Source: a virus (taxonomy: Duplodnaviria; Caudoviricetes). Taken from it: a stretch of DNA of 30,995 nt. Within the stretch, counting starts at the first letter, position 1; every line of letters begins with the position of its first letter. The DNA lies in the IMG/VR virus record IMGVR_UViG_3300017548_000198, positions 1-30,995 of that record; one strand, written 5' to 3'. A program made the position numbers and the translations under genes. The notes beneath the pieces were generated by a model. That model searched no databases. It was not told the origin of the DNA and saw only the letters and a program-made list of their open reading frames with translations. Shown here piece after piece: positions 17,115-25,031 of this stretch.

Positions 17115-17872
17115 GGCGTCTTAGATACTTTAGGTAGGACTAGCCGGGGGATCGCTTTCATTGCGTTCATTTGAGAACTGAATTTAAGCATCTCCACATG
17201 TTTCTTACTCTCAATCTCCCGCAATCGAGCCATCTGAGCGCTCCGCTCCTGTGCGATAGAGCGCCTTGCGATGTTTATCGCATTTTTACGCTTCATATAA
17301 TTCAGCAGATAGTCCCGGATTGACGAATAGTCCACGGCTCTAGCTTCTGCTAGGAGAACCGCTCGCCCAGCCGTCGCCTTAATACTTTGCCCAGAATTTT
17401 GGAGAAGTTTTCGCAGCTCAATAACTGGCAGAAAGCTAAGAAGGATGTCTTTCCGTGGTTTGAGTCGAGTAGCGGACCGGATTGCGGAGATATCACCGCG
17501 CTCTGAGACAGTCAGAATTCCCACTCCTCTCGGAGCGATCCGTTTTATCTGTGGAAGGTGCTTGACGGCGCAGACAACTGTCACACCCTCAAAATGTTTC
17601 TTATACGAAGAAAGCTGACCGGCCAAACGATCAAGGCGGTCTGACGCGCTTTTGATTTCATAAGCCGAAAGAATGCCGTTGGCTACTACCAAGTCCGCCC
17701 TGCGTGAGAAGTTTCCCACGAATAGCTCGGTCAAATATGCTGTCGACTCGTCGTTAACCGACCGAAGATGCTTCACGAGCGCATCTCGGATCTGTCCTTC
17801 ATAAGAGTCAAGTTTTTCGCTATCCACGCTGAATACTGTTGCTATGAACGTCATGCAAGTTTCGAGACTCAC
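17111..17872 (-). CDS. sce7726/P4 cII-like PD-(D/E)xK nuclease-fold protein (start uncertain)
   Basis: TEL...RADLVVANG.L.AYEIKS..D.L.RL..Q...Y; convergent with the beta-like gene, stops overlapping by 4 nt. Confidence 0.75.
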   Translation of the reverse strand: MSLETCMTFIATVFSVDSEKLDSYEGQIRDALVKHLRSVNDESTAYLTELFVGNFSRRADLVVANGILSAYEIKSASDRLDRLAGQLSSYKKHFEGVTVVCAVKHLPQIKRIAPRGVGILTVSERGDISAIRSATRLKPRKDILLSFLPVIELRKLLQNSGQSIKATAGRAVLLAEARAVDYSSIRDYLLNYMKRKNAINIARRSIAQERSAQMARLREIESKKHVEMLKFSSQMNAMKAIPRLVLPKVSKTP

Positions 17873-17890
17873 AGTTTATAGCCAATGCAC

Positions 17891-17913
17891 CCGCCTCCGG
17901 GCGGTTTTCTTTT
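17891..17913 (+). terminator. Intrinsic terminator
   Basis: CCGCC-TCCG-GGCGG followed by TTTTCTTTT. Confidence 0.65.
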
Positions 17914-17915
17914 GT

Positions 17916-18074
17916 CTAGTCGGTCGTGCGGCTGCTGCCAACGCCAACATCAATCGTGCCGTACATCTCCACACTCCCCTCTGTCTGTCCGGCTTGGTTC
18001 GTACGCGCGCATCCTGTCAGGCCGACGATCAGCACAGCGACGGCGACAACACGGGGAAGATTTCCAGAAATCAT
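17916..18074 (-). CDS. Small lipoprotein (52 aa) with porin-N-terminus-like beta-strand
   Basis: Not in the track. AGGAG 6 nt before ATG; MISGNLPRVVAVAVLIVGLTGC (lipobox LTGC) ARTNQAGQTEGSVEMYGTIDVGVGSSRTTD. Confidence 0.75.
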   Translation of the reverse strand: MISGNLPRVVAVAVLIVGLTGCARTNQAGQTEGSVEMYGTIDVGVGSSRTTD

Positions 18075-18140
18075 GCGAGCCTCCTAATACTGCTCTGAGG
18101 CTTCATTCTATGTCACTACATTCTCGGCCCAAGGGAGAGG

Positions 18141-18893
18141 CTACTTCCACTCCAGCCCTGCAGAGGAAAATCGGAACTGGGTAGGCCCATGCTTCCAAAT
18201 TGGAACCTCGACCATGACCGACTTGGACGCTTTCAGCCGCTTGAGGAATCCTGACTTCTCCTGAATAAAGATGGAGTCGTTATCTCCCCCTCTAGCCCTG
18301 TTGGCGGAATAGTTGATTATCGCGTTGTCGTCGAACTTGACCGGCACGCGGCAACCATCGAAGCCGCAATCGAGTTGTCCCTTGCTCAGGTTCAAAATGA
18401 TGTCTTGGGCGCTTCTTTTTGGCATGCTTCGTACGACGATTCGTAAGGTGGAGCCGCCGCCGTACGGAAACTCAAGAGAAACCGCGTCTTCAGAAGTCAG
18501 GCTTGCCCAGCGGTTGGTAACGCCCCGCATTTCGTCCTTTTCTGATTGATATTGCCATTTGGGACGCGGAGGCTCAGGGGCCTGCGGCTTGCTCTCTGAC
18601 GCAGTCGCGGCGCTTGTTCCCGCGGAAGGATCACTCGCGGGAATATCGAGCGCCACGGCTTGTGGCGCAGCTGTATTGGAATTCGTCGCATCACCGGGCG
18701 AATCGGAGGGCTTTTTGTCCAGGGCATACATGGCCGCCAATAGGATCAGAGCCACGATTGCCACTCCCCTGCCCCTCTTCTTCGTGGCTTTAGCAGCCTC
18801 AATGGCAAGAGACACGGGAGCCCCACAACTCGGGCATGTGGCCGCCCTATCGCTGAAATTCTTCCGACATTCCGGGCATTTGAGTAATGCCAT
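18141..18893 (-). CDS. Zinc-ribbon, single-TM membrane protein with periplasmic domain
   Basis: CPEC...CPSCG N-terminus, TM helix, low-complexity linker, then W.Y...KDEM...V.VKFD domain. Confidence 0.75.
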   Translation of the reverse strand: MALLKCPECRKNFSDRAATCPSCGAPVSLAIEAAKATKKRGRGVAIVALILLAAMYALDKKPSDSPGDATNSNTAAPQAVALDIPASDPSAGTSAATASESKPQAPEPPRPKWQYQSEKDEMRGVTNRWASLTSEDAVSLEFPYGGGSTLRIVVRSMPKRSAQDIILNLSKGQLDCGFDGCRVPVKFDDNAIINYSANRARGGDNDSIFIQEKSGFLKRLKASKSVMVEVPIWKHGPTQFRFSSAGLEWK

Positions 18894-18937
18894 TCGTTGT
18901 TTGCCCTCAGGTTTTAGGCTATTGAGCGAGGCACGGT

Positions 18938-19336
18938 CTAGTATCCGATTCCCGATGCTGTGACATATTTATTGAAGCCGTCCAGCGCCCGCAGTTCATC
19001 CGGCGCGCAATATGCATACCCGCACGAGAACGAGGCAACAATGAGATAGCTGCCATCAGGCTGGACTTTCTTTGTCGCTACACCGTAAAAGCGCCCCGCT
19101 CCCGTCGCGTTAAAGGTTTCGACTCGGGTATCGGTCGATAGGCGAACTCTCATACCTGAAACTGCCTCGAGAGCCTCAGGAACCGATGTCCACATCGCTT
19201 CGCACTGGCGTTGGCTTTGGCATTTGGGCGCCGGGGAAACTTGATCAATCGTTATTGCTGGCTGCTTGGGCGCGCCCGCACAGCCTGCCAGCAAGACAAG
19301 AATGGCCACGCTAGTCAAAATTCTCATTTCTTTCAC
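18938..19336 (-). CDS. Putative lipoprotein
   Basis: Lipobox LAGC after a hydrophobic stretch; C-x5-C and C-x4-C pairs. Confidence 0.75.
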   Translation of the reverse strand: MKEMRILTSVAILVLLAGCAGAPKQPAITIDQVSPAPKCQSQRQCEAMWTSVPEALEAVSGMRVRLSTDTRVETFNATGAGRFYGVATKKVQPDGSYLIVASFSCGYAYCAPDELRALDGFNKYVTASGIGY

Positions 19337-19404
19337 ATTCAGCTATTGATGGGGAGCAAATCCTATTCCACGCCACGAACCGGAAGTACTGGGCCATACA
19401 TCGA

Positions 19405-19884
19405 TTAGTTGCAGGCCGTCGCCAACCCAGCGTTCGCTGCGACCGCTATGGCGGGGTACTTAGCATCCTCGTACTGAAGGGTGGCGGACGTCGTGCTAGC
19501 AACAAAATCCTTAAATCCAACGTAACCGCCATAGCTATTTTTGGCGTTTACTTCGCCGCAGATCACGGACCCGTCCTTGTATGGAACTAGGCGGACATTC
19601 CTAAATTGCGCGCTGGAAGGATCCTTCAGCGAGTCAGCTACATTTTTTTTGGCTGCGCTAATTGCGGCTGATTTGCTCCTCTTTTTTAAGAACGCTGCCA
19701 CATCTACCGAATAGCCGTCCACGACTGCTATTGATTTGGCCCTCAGGTCAGCGAATCTATCTTGCATGCTGGGCTGCGTGGAGCGAGGGAGACTGGTTGA
19801 AGACCCACTCACCGGGCGAGGCGGAGCGCATGCAACCAGGGTCGCCGTCAAAATCGGCAAAAAAACAAATCTCAACGTCTTCAT
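19405..19884 (-). CDS. Putative lipoprotein with LKDP-x-SA...CG-x-VNAKNSYGGY-x-G domain
   Basis: Lipobox LVAC; GGAG upstream; motif common in prophage-encoded envelope proteins. Confidence 0.78.
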   Translation of the reverse strand: MKTLRFVFLPILTATLVACAPPRPVSGSSTSLPRSTQPSMQDRFADLRAKSIAVVDGYSVDVAAFLKKRSKSAAISAAKKNVADSLKDPSSAQFRNVRLVPYKDGSVICGEVNAKNSYGGYVGFKDFVASTTSATLQYEDAKYPAIAVAANAGLATACN

Positions 19885-19973
19885 ATTCCCTCCGTGTAAC
19901 AGTCCATATCTAAATCGTACCGCATTTCCCGGCAGAGGCTGCGCTCCCTGCGTTCTTTCAAAACATCAAAATA

Positions 19974-20016
19974 ATTACTGAACAGTATTGACTTTAAAAT
20001 TACTGTTCAGTAATAT
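19974..20016 (+). promoter_or_regulatory. PL/OL-like promoter overlapped by two repressor operators
   Basis: TTGACT(19988-19993)-17 bp-TAATAT(20011-20016). Operators ATTACTGAACAGTATT (19974-19989) and ATTACTGTTCAGTAAT (19999-20014) match the OR palindrome. Confidence 0.88.
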
Positions 20017-20089
20017 TCCTCCAACGCAGCAAAGAACGGTTTAGGCGGAAGCCACCCTAGTAGGGCTGCGGGAAGTACCCAGATTTACC

Positions 20090-20139
20090 CGCTCTTTAAC
20101 ACGACGAATCACAAAACGTTCCGCGACCGCCGAGAGGCG
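20090..20139 (+). promoter_or_regulatory. nut-like antitermination site: boxA plus candidate boxB hairpin
   Basis: CGCTCTTTAACA at 20090-20101 (consensus boxA); CGCC-GAGA-GGCG at 20128-20139. Confidence 0.65.
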
Positions 20140-20479
20140 ACGCGACAGGGGAGAAATGCGGACGCCCTGGACAGAAAGATGCCGAAAAACGCCCGCGCAG
20201 GTGGCTGAGCAGACTAAGGCCGGCCAGGTGTAGAGCCTGGCAGCGCGGGCGCGATCTTTATGACGCCAAGAATCGACCGAAGGCGCGTATTCGTGTTGAT
20301 GACCACGGGGAGTAGTCCCGGAACCACTGACCATTGCAAGCCGTGAAAGACCGGGTGTTGTGCAACTGGCGGTGCTGGGCAGGAGTGGCGCTGAGTTTGT
20401 CTCGCGCTGCCCTGCCCCAGATTCTTCTGAATGCCAGCCCTTTCCGGGTTCAGGCATTTTCAAGAACCTGGAGATATCC

Positions 20480-20986
20480 ATGACCCAACAAATCGGCATC
20501 ACGATTCAAGAGCAAAAATTGCAGGTCCCCCTGACAGCGTTGTTGTCGATGCTGGCGCCAGCGCAGGAAATTCCGGGCACGCTATTGCAGGCTGAGCCCT
20601 ACTTGAGTGCTGCGCCCCCGCTGCCTGCCGAGATCGGCGCAGATCTGCAAGGCGGTATCTATGCCGGCCCCATGATCGAGAACGGTCGGTTGGTCCACCT
20701 TATTGCAGCAAAGGAAACGCTCCCAGACTGCGAATGGGATGAAGCGCAGAAAGCCGCCGAAGACTATGAAGGTGGCGGCTACTCGGATTGGTATCTGCCG
20801 AGCAAGGCAGAACTGCTGATTGCTCTGGCTCACATTCAAGACAAATTCGAGAAGACTTGGCACTGGACTGCTACGCCCTACGGTGGGCACCACGCCTGGG
20901 CCGTCGGTTTCGAGTACGGCTACGTCAACTACTGGCACCGCGACAGCGAGTTTCTAGTTCGCCCCTTCCGCAGATTATCCATTTAA
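20480..20986 (+). CDS. DGR target protein 2 (remote), DUF1566/Lcl-like CLec-fold domain
   Basis: 168 aa from ATG 20480 (GGAG upstream); QGGIYAG, DWYLPS..EL, W.W..T, C-terminal VRPFR; ends in VR2. Confidence 0.88.
   Translation: MTQQIGITIQEQKLQVPLTALLSMLAPAQEIPGTLLQAEPYLSAAPPLPAEIGADLQGGIYAGPMIENGRLVHLIAAKETLPDCEWDEAQKAAEDYEGGGYSDWYLPSKAELLIALAHIQDKFEKTWHWTATPYGGHHAWAVGFEYGYVNYWHRDSEFLVRPFRRLSI
20874..20975 (+). repeat. DGR variable repeat VR2
   Basis: Ungapped 102-bp match to TR (26155-26256); 11 mismatches, all at TR adenines. Confidence 0.95.
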
Positions 20987-21001
20987 CCCTTCAACCCTTT
21001 T

Positions 21002-21017
21002 GCCCCGCTTGCGGGGC
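21002..21017 (+). other. GC-rich hairpin downstream of VR2 (DGR homing cis element candidate)
   Basis: GCCCCG-CTTG-CGGGGC, starting 27 nt after the VR end and preceded by AACCCTTTT as at VR1. Confidence 0.75.
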
Positions 21018-21347
21018 GCCTTCTGTGCTGGGCCTTGTTCTAACCCTCATGGTCACTGTTCCAACTCCGGCCTCAACCCGGAGGCAGGGCCCAGCACAGA
21101 GGGCTCCATCACTCTCAACCATCCAACACGTGCGGGCGGTGGAGATCCTCCCTAGTAAGCCGAAAGCAGATGCTGGGCAACCATCGCGCATGAGTACTAG
21201 TCAACCAGCGAGAGCCGATGGAAGTCCCAAGCGGTAGCGAGTAGGCCTCCCTCTTTAGCGCCACCCCATCAGCCGCATCCACGCCCGAATGCGCATAGGA
21301 CTACGGGCGGCTGATGCAGGAGCGCTATTCCATCCCCTGGAGTTGCT

Positions 21348-21620
21348 ATGGATATGCCAATCGGCCGGCGAGATCCGGAGATCAGCGCGACTGCCATTTG
21401 TGCGGCCGTGGCTCATGCAATCAAATTTGGGCAAAGCGCATTCGACGTACCTGGAAGCGTCTACGCAGAACATGCGTTCAATCAGTGCGTGCGTGACGCC
21501 CGCGATGAGTCCGATCTTGCAATGGCAATTCTGGATCCAGCCAGCGAGCGAGGTATTCGGTTCCGCGCCCGATATCGCAATGAGATTGAGCGCCTTGCTC
21601 GCGGAGACCATAAGCGATGA
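21348..21620 (+). CDS. Hypothetical phage protein
   Basis: GGAG RBS; ATGA overlap with the next ORF. Confidence 0.6.
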   Translation: MDMPIGRRDPEISATAICAAVAHAIKFGQSAFDVPGSVYAEHAFNQCVRDARDESDLAMAILDPASERGIRFRARYRNEIERLARGDHKR

Positions 21621-21811
21621 GCGCCGCCATAGTTTGGGTGTTGATGGCTTTTATTCCGCCTGGCGACAGCCGCCCGCCCGCGATGGTAATCGAGCGATTT
21701 GGCAGCCAGGCCGCTTGCGAGACTCGCCTGGAGATATTCAGGGCCAACACCGTCACCTTCGCTTGTCTGCCCTCACGGCAGATCACAAGGAACCCCAAAA
21801 ATGAAAACTGA
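21617..21811 (+). CDS. Small hypothetical protein
   Basis: Coupled start; hydrophobic N-terminus and F.S..AC...C.P pattern. Confidence 0.6.
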   Translation: MSAAIVWVLMAFIPPGDSRPPAMVIERFGSQAACETRLEIFRANTVTFACLPSRQITRNPKNEN

Positions 21812-21920
21812 CCTGCTGCTGCACGCTGCAGTTGTGGCATGCGTGCTGATGCTGGGCGTCTATATGTACGGAAACATGCAGCAAGCAGATGAGCGCGCTC
21901 GATTGGAGATAAAACGATGA
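21801..21920 (+). CDS. Small single-TM protein (39 aa)
   Basis: MKTDLLLHAAVVACVLMLGVYMYG...; AAGGA upstream; ATGA overlap with the next gene. Confidence 0.55.
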   Translation: MKTDLLLHAAVVACVLMLGVYMYGNMQQADERARLEIKR

Positions 21921-22987
21921 GCGAAGTCACCGAACTGATTGAGTTGCCGCCGAAAGAAACGGCGTTGCAGGTATTCACTGACACCAGCAAATTAGATGAA
22001 ATCCTCGACAAGGTACGCGAGAAAGTCACCGGCACCGTGTACGACATGAGCAAGCGCAAGGATCGCGAGGCCTGCGCCAGCGATGCATACAAGGTGGCGC
22101 GGAGCAAGGCTGCAATGGAAAAGCTCCGCGCTGCAGTGTCGGCAGATCTCAAGGAACTGCCGAAAAAGGTTGACGCTGGCGGGCGCTACCTGAAAGAAGG
22201 CCTTGAGGCCATTCAATCTGCTGTGCGAGCCCCTTTGGATGAATGGGAGAAAGCCGAAGAATCTCGATTGGCCCGCCACAACCAAAACGTGATGCATCTG
22301 AACCAGTACGCAGCCAACGCCAGTCATCAGCTCGAGGCCAGCGCACTGAAAGACATGCTAGCGGCAGTTGATGCGGTGGTGATCGATGAATCCTGGGAAG
22401 AGTTCGAAGCCGAGGCGCACCGCGCCAAAGACAAGGCCCTAACAGCCCTTCGCGCCGCCCTAGCCGCCCGCCAGCAGTACGAAGCGGAGCAGGCCGAACT
22501 CGCCCGCCTACGCGCCGAAGCAGAGGAACGCCGCAAAAAGGACGAGCAAGAGCGCATCGCCCGCGAAGCAGCTGAACGCGCAACCCGCGAGGCAGAAGCG
22601 AAAGCCCAGGCCGAGCGCGATGCTGCCGCAAAGCGTGAAGCAGATGCCAAAGCTGCTCAGGAGCGCGCAGAACATGAAGCGGCTGAGGCGGTTGAGCGTC
22701 AAAAGCAGGCCGAAGCCCGGGCCGAGGCCGAGAGGCTGGCAGCGGAGAAACGCGCTGCGGACGCCGCTGAGGCTGCTCGCCTGGCCGAGATTAAACGGCA
22801 GGCTGACGCCAAGGCAGCAGAGGAAGCCGAGGCGAAACGCCGCGAGGCGGACAAGCAACACAAAGCCGCCGTCAACACAGCCGCACTCTCGGCATTTGTC
22901 CAGCACGGATTGTCAGAAGAGTGTGCCAAGCAGGCAGTCATTCTTATCGCCAAGGGCTTGATTCCGGCTATCAAAATTATCTATTGA
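21917..22987 (+). CDS. Long coiled-coil phage early protein
   Basis: 356 aa; Ala/Glu/Arg-rich heptads; R...AS.AYKVARSK and IAKG.IP.I.I.Y motifs; precedes the recombination genes. Confidence 0.8.
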   Translation: MSEVTELIELPPKETALQVFTDTSKLDEILDKVREKVTGTVYDMSKRKDREACASDAYKVARSKAAMEKLRAAVSADLKELPKKVDAGGRYLKEGLEAIQSAVRAPLDEWEKAEESRLARHNQNVMHLNQYAANASHQLEASALKDMLAAVDAVVIDESWEEFEAEAHRAKDKALTALRAALAARQQYEAEQAELARLRAEAEERRKKDEQERIAREAAERATREAEAKAQAERDAAAKREADAKAAQERAEHEAAEAVERQKQAEARAEAERLAAEKRAADAAEAARLAEIKRQADAKAAEEAEAKRREADKQHKAAVNTAALSAFVQHGLSEECAKQAVILIAKGLIPAIKIIY

Positions 22988-22994
22988 GGACGCC

Positions 22995-23825
22995 ATGAGC
23001 GAAGTCATTGAACGCCCGACAGTATCGGGCATCGTTCCCCAACAAGATGGTCGCAGCTCAGTTGCAGACGTCACCCGCCACGTAATTGCGGTGCAAGAGG
23101 TAATGCGCTCGGTCATGAAGCCGAATGTGCACTACGGCGCCATCCCCGGCGCAGGAGAAAAGCCGACATTGCTCAAGCCGGGTGCTGAAGTCCTTTGCAT
23201 GACGTTCAGAATCGCCGACGAGTATGAAATCGTCGACCTTTCCACTGCCGGTGCCGTGCGCTACCGAGTCAAATGTATCGGACGCCATCAATCAACGGGA
23301 ATAGCCCTCGGTTCCGGTCTGGGTGAGGCGTCCACCGATGAGGAAAAATATCGGTGGCGAAAGGCAATTTGCGACGCTGAGTTCGAAAACACTCCGGCTG
23401 ACATGAAGCGGACGAAGTACGGCCGTAAACAAGGCGGCCACTACACCGTTCAACAGATCCGCACCGAGCCGGCCGACTTGGCCAACACAGTCCTAAAAAT
23501 GGCGTGCAAACGCGCCAAGATCGCCATGGTGCTGAACGTCACGGCGGCGTCCGATATGTTTAGCCAGGATCTAGAGGACCTGGATGCGGAACTGGTTCGC
23601 CACCTAGCTGAGGATGAGCGCGAAAACCACATGCAAGAGGTTCGCGTCGAGTGGGTAACCAAGGCTCAGGCTGCGGCCAATGAGGACGAACTCCGGACGG
23701 TCATGAAGGCCGGGGTCAAAGTGTTCCAGGCGGCGCGAGACAAGGATGGCTACAGCCAGTTCGCCGCTGCGGTTCAGCAACGCGGCGCTGAAATCAAACG
23801 CCCTCAAGGAGAAAGCAATGCGTGA
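22995..23825 (+). CDS. Putative single-strand annealing/recombination protein
   Basis: HYG.IPG...KPTLLKPGAE, NTVLKMA.KRA, FSQDLED motifs; directly upstream of the exonuclease and SSB. Function inferred from context. Confidence 0.55.
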   Translation: MSEVIERPTVSGIVPQQDGRSSVADVTRHVIAVQEVMRSVMKPNVHYGAIPGAGEKPTLLKPGAEVLCMTFRIADEYEIVDLSTAGAVRYRVKCIGRHQSTGIALGSGLGEASTDEEKYRWRKAICDAEFENTPADMKRTKYGRKQGGHYTVQQIRTEPADLANTVLKMACKRAKIAMVLNVTAASDMFSQDLEDLDAELVRHLAEDERENHMQEVRVEWVTKAQAAANEDELRTVMKAGVKVFQAARDKDGYSQFAAAVQQRGAEIKRPQGESNA

Positions 23826-24480
23826 CATCAAGTTTCGCTGCTCCAGTATTGGCAAGATCATGACAGAGCCGCGCAGCAAGAGTGAAGGCCTGTTATCTGT
23901 GGGCGCCAAGACCTATATCCGCGAGCTAGCCCAGCAGGAGATTCTCGGCATTGACTTCGAGGTCTCCAGCAAAGAAATGGAAAAAGGGATCGAGGTCGAA
24001 CCGCAATCGATTGCTCTTTTGAATCGAGTTCGCGGCTTGAGTCTTGTCAAGAATGAAGAACGTCGCTCCAATGAGTACCTGACGGGAGAGTGTGACCTCT
24101 TCGACGCCGCCCGCAAGCGCGGGCATGATCTTAAATCGTCGTGGTCTGCAAAGACGTTTCGCGGCTGGCAAATCGATTGTGAGGAGAAACTCTACGAGTG
24201 GCAGATGCGCGGCTACATGATGCTGTGGGATGCCGACGAATGGGAAGTCAATTACGCCCTGGTCGATACGCCTGAGCGGTTGATTGGATACGAGCCGCTG
24301 CAGATGCACATCGTCTCGCACATACCGGAGCATCACCGCCTAACGAGCTGGGTCATCCAGCGCGACTTCGATAAAGAGCGGCAGATGATAGAGAAGATCA
24401 AAGCGGCCCGCGAGTATTTCGTCGAGATGATCGACGAATTTGATCGGCAGCACCCACAACAATTTAAAGAGGCGGCATAA
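23818..24480 (+). CDS. YqaJ/lambda-exonuclease-like nuclease
   Basis: FRCSSIG, M.KG..VE, GECD...DLKSS, Y.WQ..GYM motifs; start MRDIK at 23818. Confidence 0.78.
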   Translation: MRDIKFRCSSIGKIMTEPRSKSEGLLSVGAKTYIRELAQQEILGIDFEVSSKEMEKGIEVEPQSIALLNRVRGLSLVKNEERRSNEYLTGECDLFDAARKRGHDLKSSWSAKTFRGWQIDCEEKLYEWQMRGYMMLWDADEWEVNYALVDTPERLIGYEPLQMHIVSHIPEHHRLTSWVIQRDFDKERQMIEKIKAAREYFVEMIDEFDRQHPQQFKEAA

Positions 24481-24482
24481 CC

Positions 24483-25016
24483 ATGGCTTCAGTCAATAAG
24501 GTCATCTTGGTTGGAAATCTCGGGCGAGATCCCGAGGTTCGCTATAACCCAGAGGGCGGCGCAATCTGCAACGTCTCCATTGCGACTACCTCGCAATGGA
24601 AGGACAAGGCCAGCGGCGAGCGCCGCGAGGAAACCGAGTGGCACCGTGTGGTGATGTACAACCGCCTGGCCGAGATCGCGGGTGAGTACCTGAAGAAAGG
24701 CCGTCCGGTTTACATCGAGGGTCGTCTGAAAACCCGCAAATGGCAAGACAAGGACACCGGCGCTGATCGCTACAGCACCGAAATCGTCGCCGACCAGATG
24801 CAAATGCTGGGCGGCCGCGAAGGAGGCGACGATAGCGGTTACGGCCAAGATAACAGCGGGTATGGCAGTACGCGCCAGCAGCGACCTACGCAAAGCTCGG
24901 CGTCCAGGCAGCACACTCAGCCAACCGCGGCGCCAACCGGTGGCGGCGGACTGGCTGATATGGATGACGATATCCCATTTGGCCCCTTGGGCGGACGAAA
25001 AGCCCACTATCTCTAA
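24483..25016 (+). CDS. ssb: Single-stranded DNA-binding protein
   Basis: [40 protein letters not shown] (followed by 11 extra residues). Confidence 0.97.
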   Translation: MASVNKVILVGNLGRDPEVRYNPEGGAICNVSIATTSQWKDKASGERREETEWHRVVMYNRLAEIAGEYLKKGRPVYIEGRLKTRKWQDKDTGADRYSTEIVADQMQMLGGREGGDDSGYGQDNSGYGSTRQQRPTQSSASRQHTQPTAAPTGGGGLADMDDDIPFGPLGGRKAHYL

Positions 25017-25031
25017 TTCCAAAGGAACACC

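Noticed and set aside
20195-20251. tRNA-like start (GCGCAGGTGGCTGAGCAGACTAAGGC)
   Set aside because: It resembles a D-arm, but there is no T-loop (TTCRA), matching acceptor stem or CCA; kept only as part of the structured leader.
20360-20479. 40-aa N-terminal extension of target 2 given by the ORF track
   Set aside because: The upstream start lacks an RBS and lies in hairpin-rich leader; ATG 20480 has GGAG and gives an N-terminus comparable to the paralogue.
21917-22987. TolA-like call for the Ala/Glu/Lys-rich protein
   Set aside because: No TM anchor; the similarity is compositional coiled-coil only, in a phage early-gene context.
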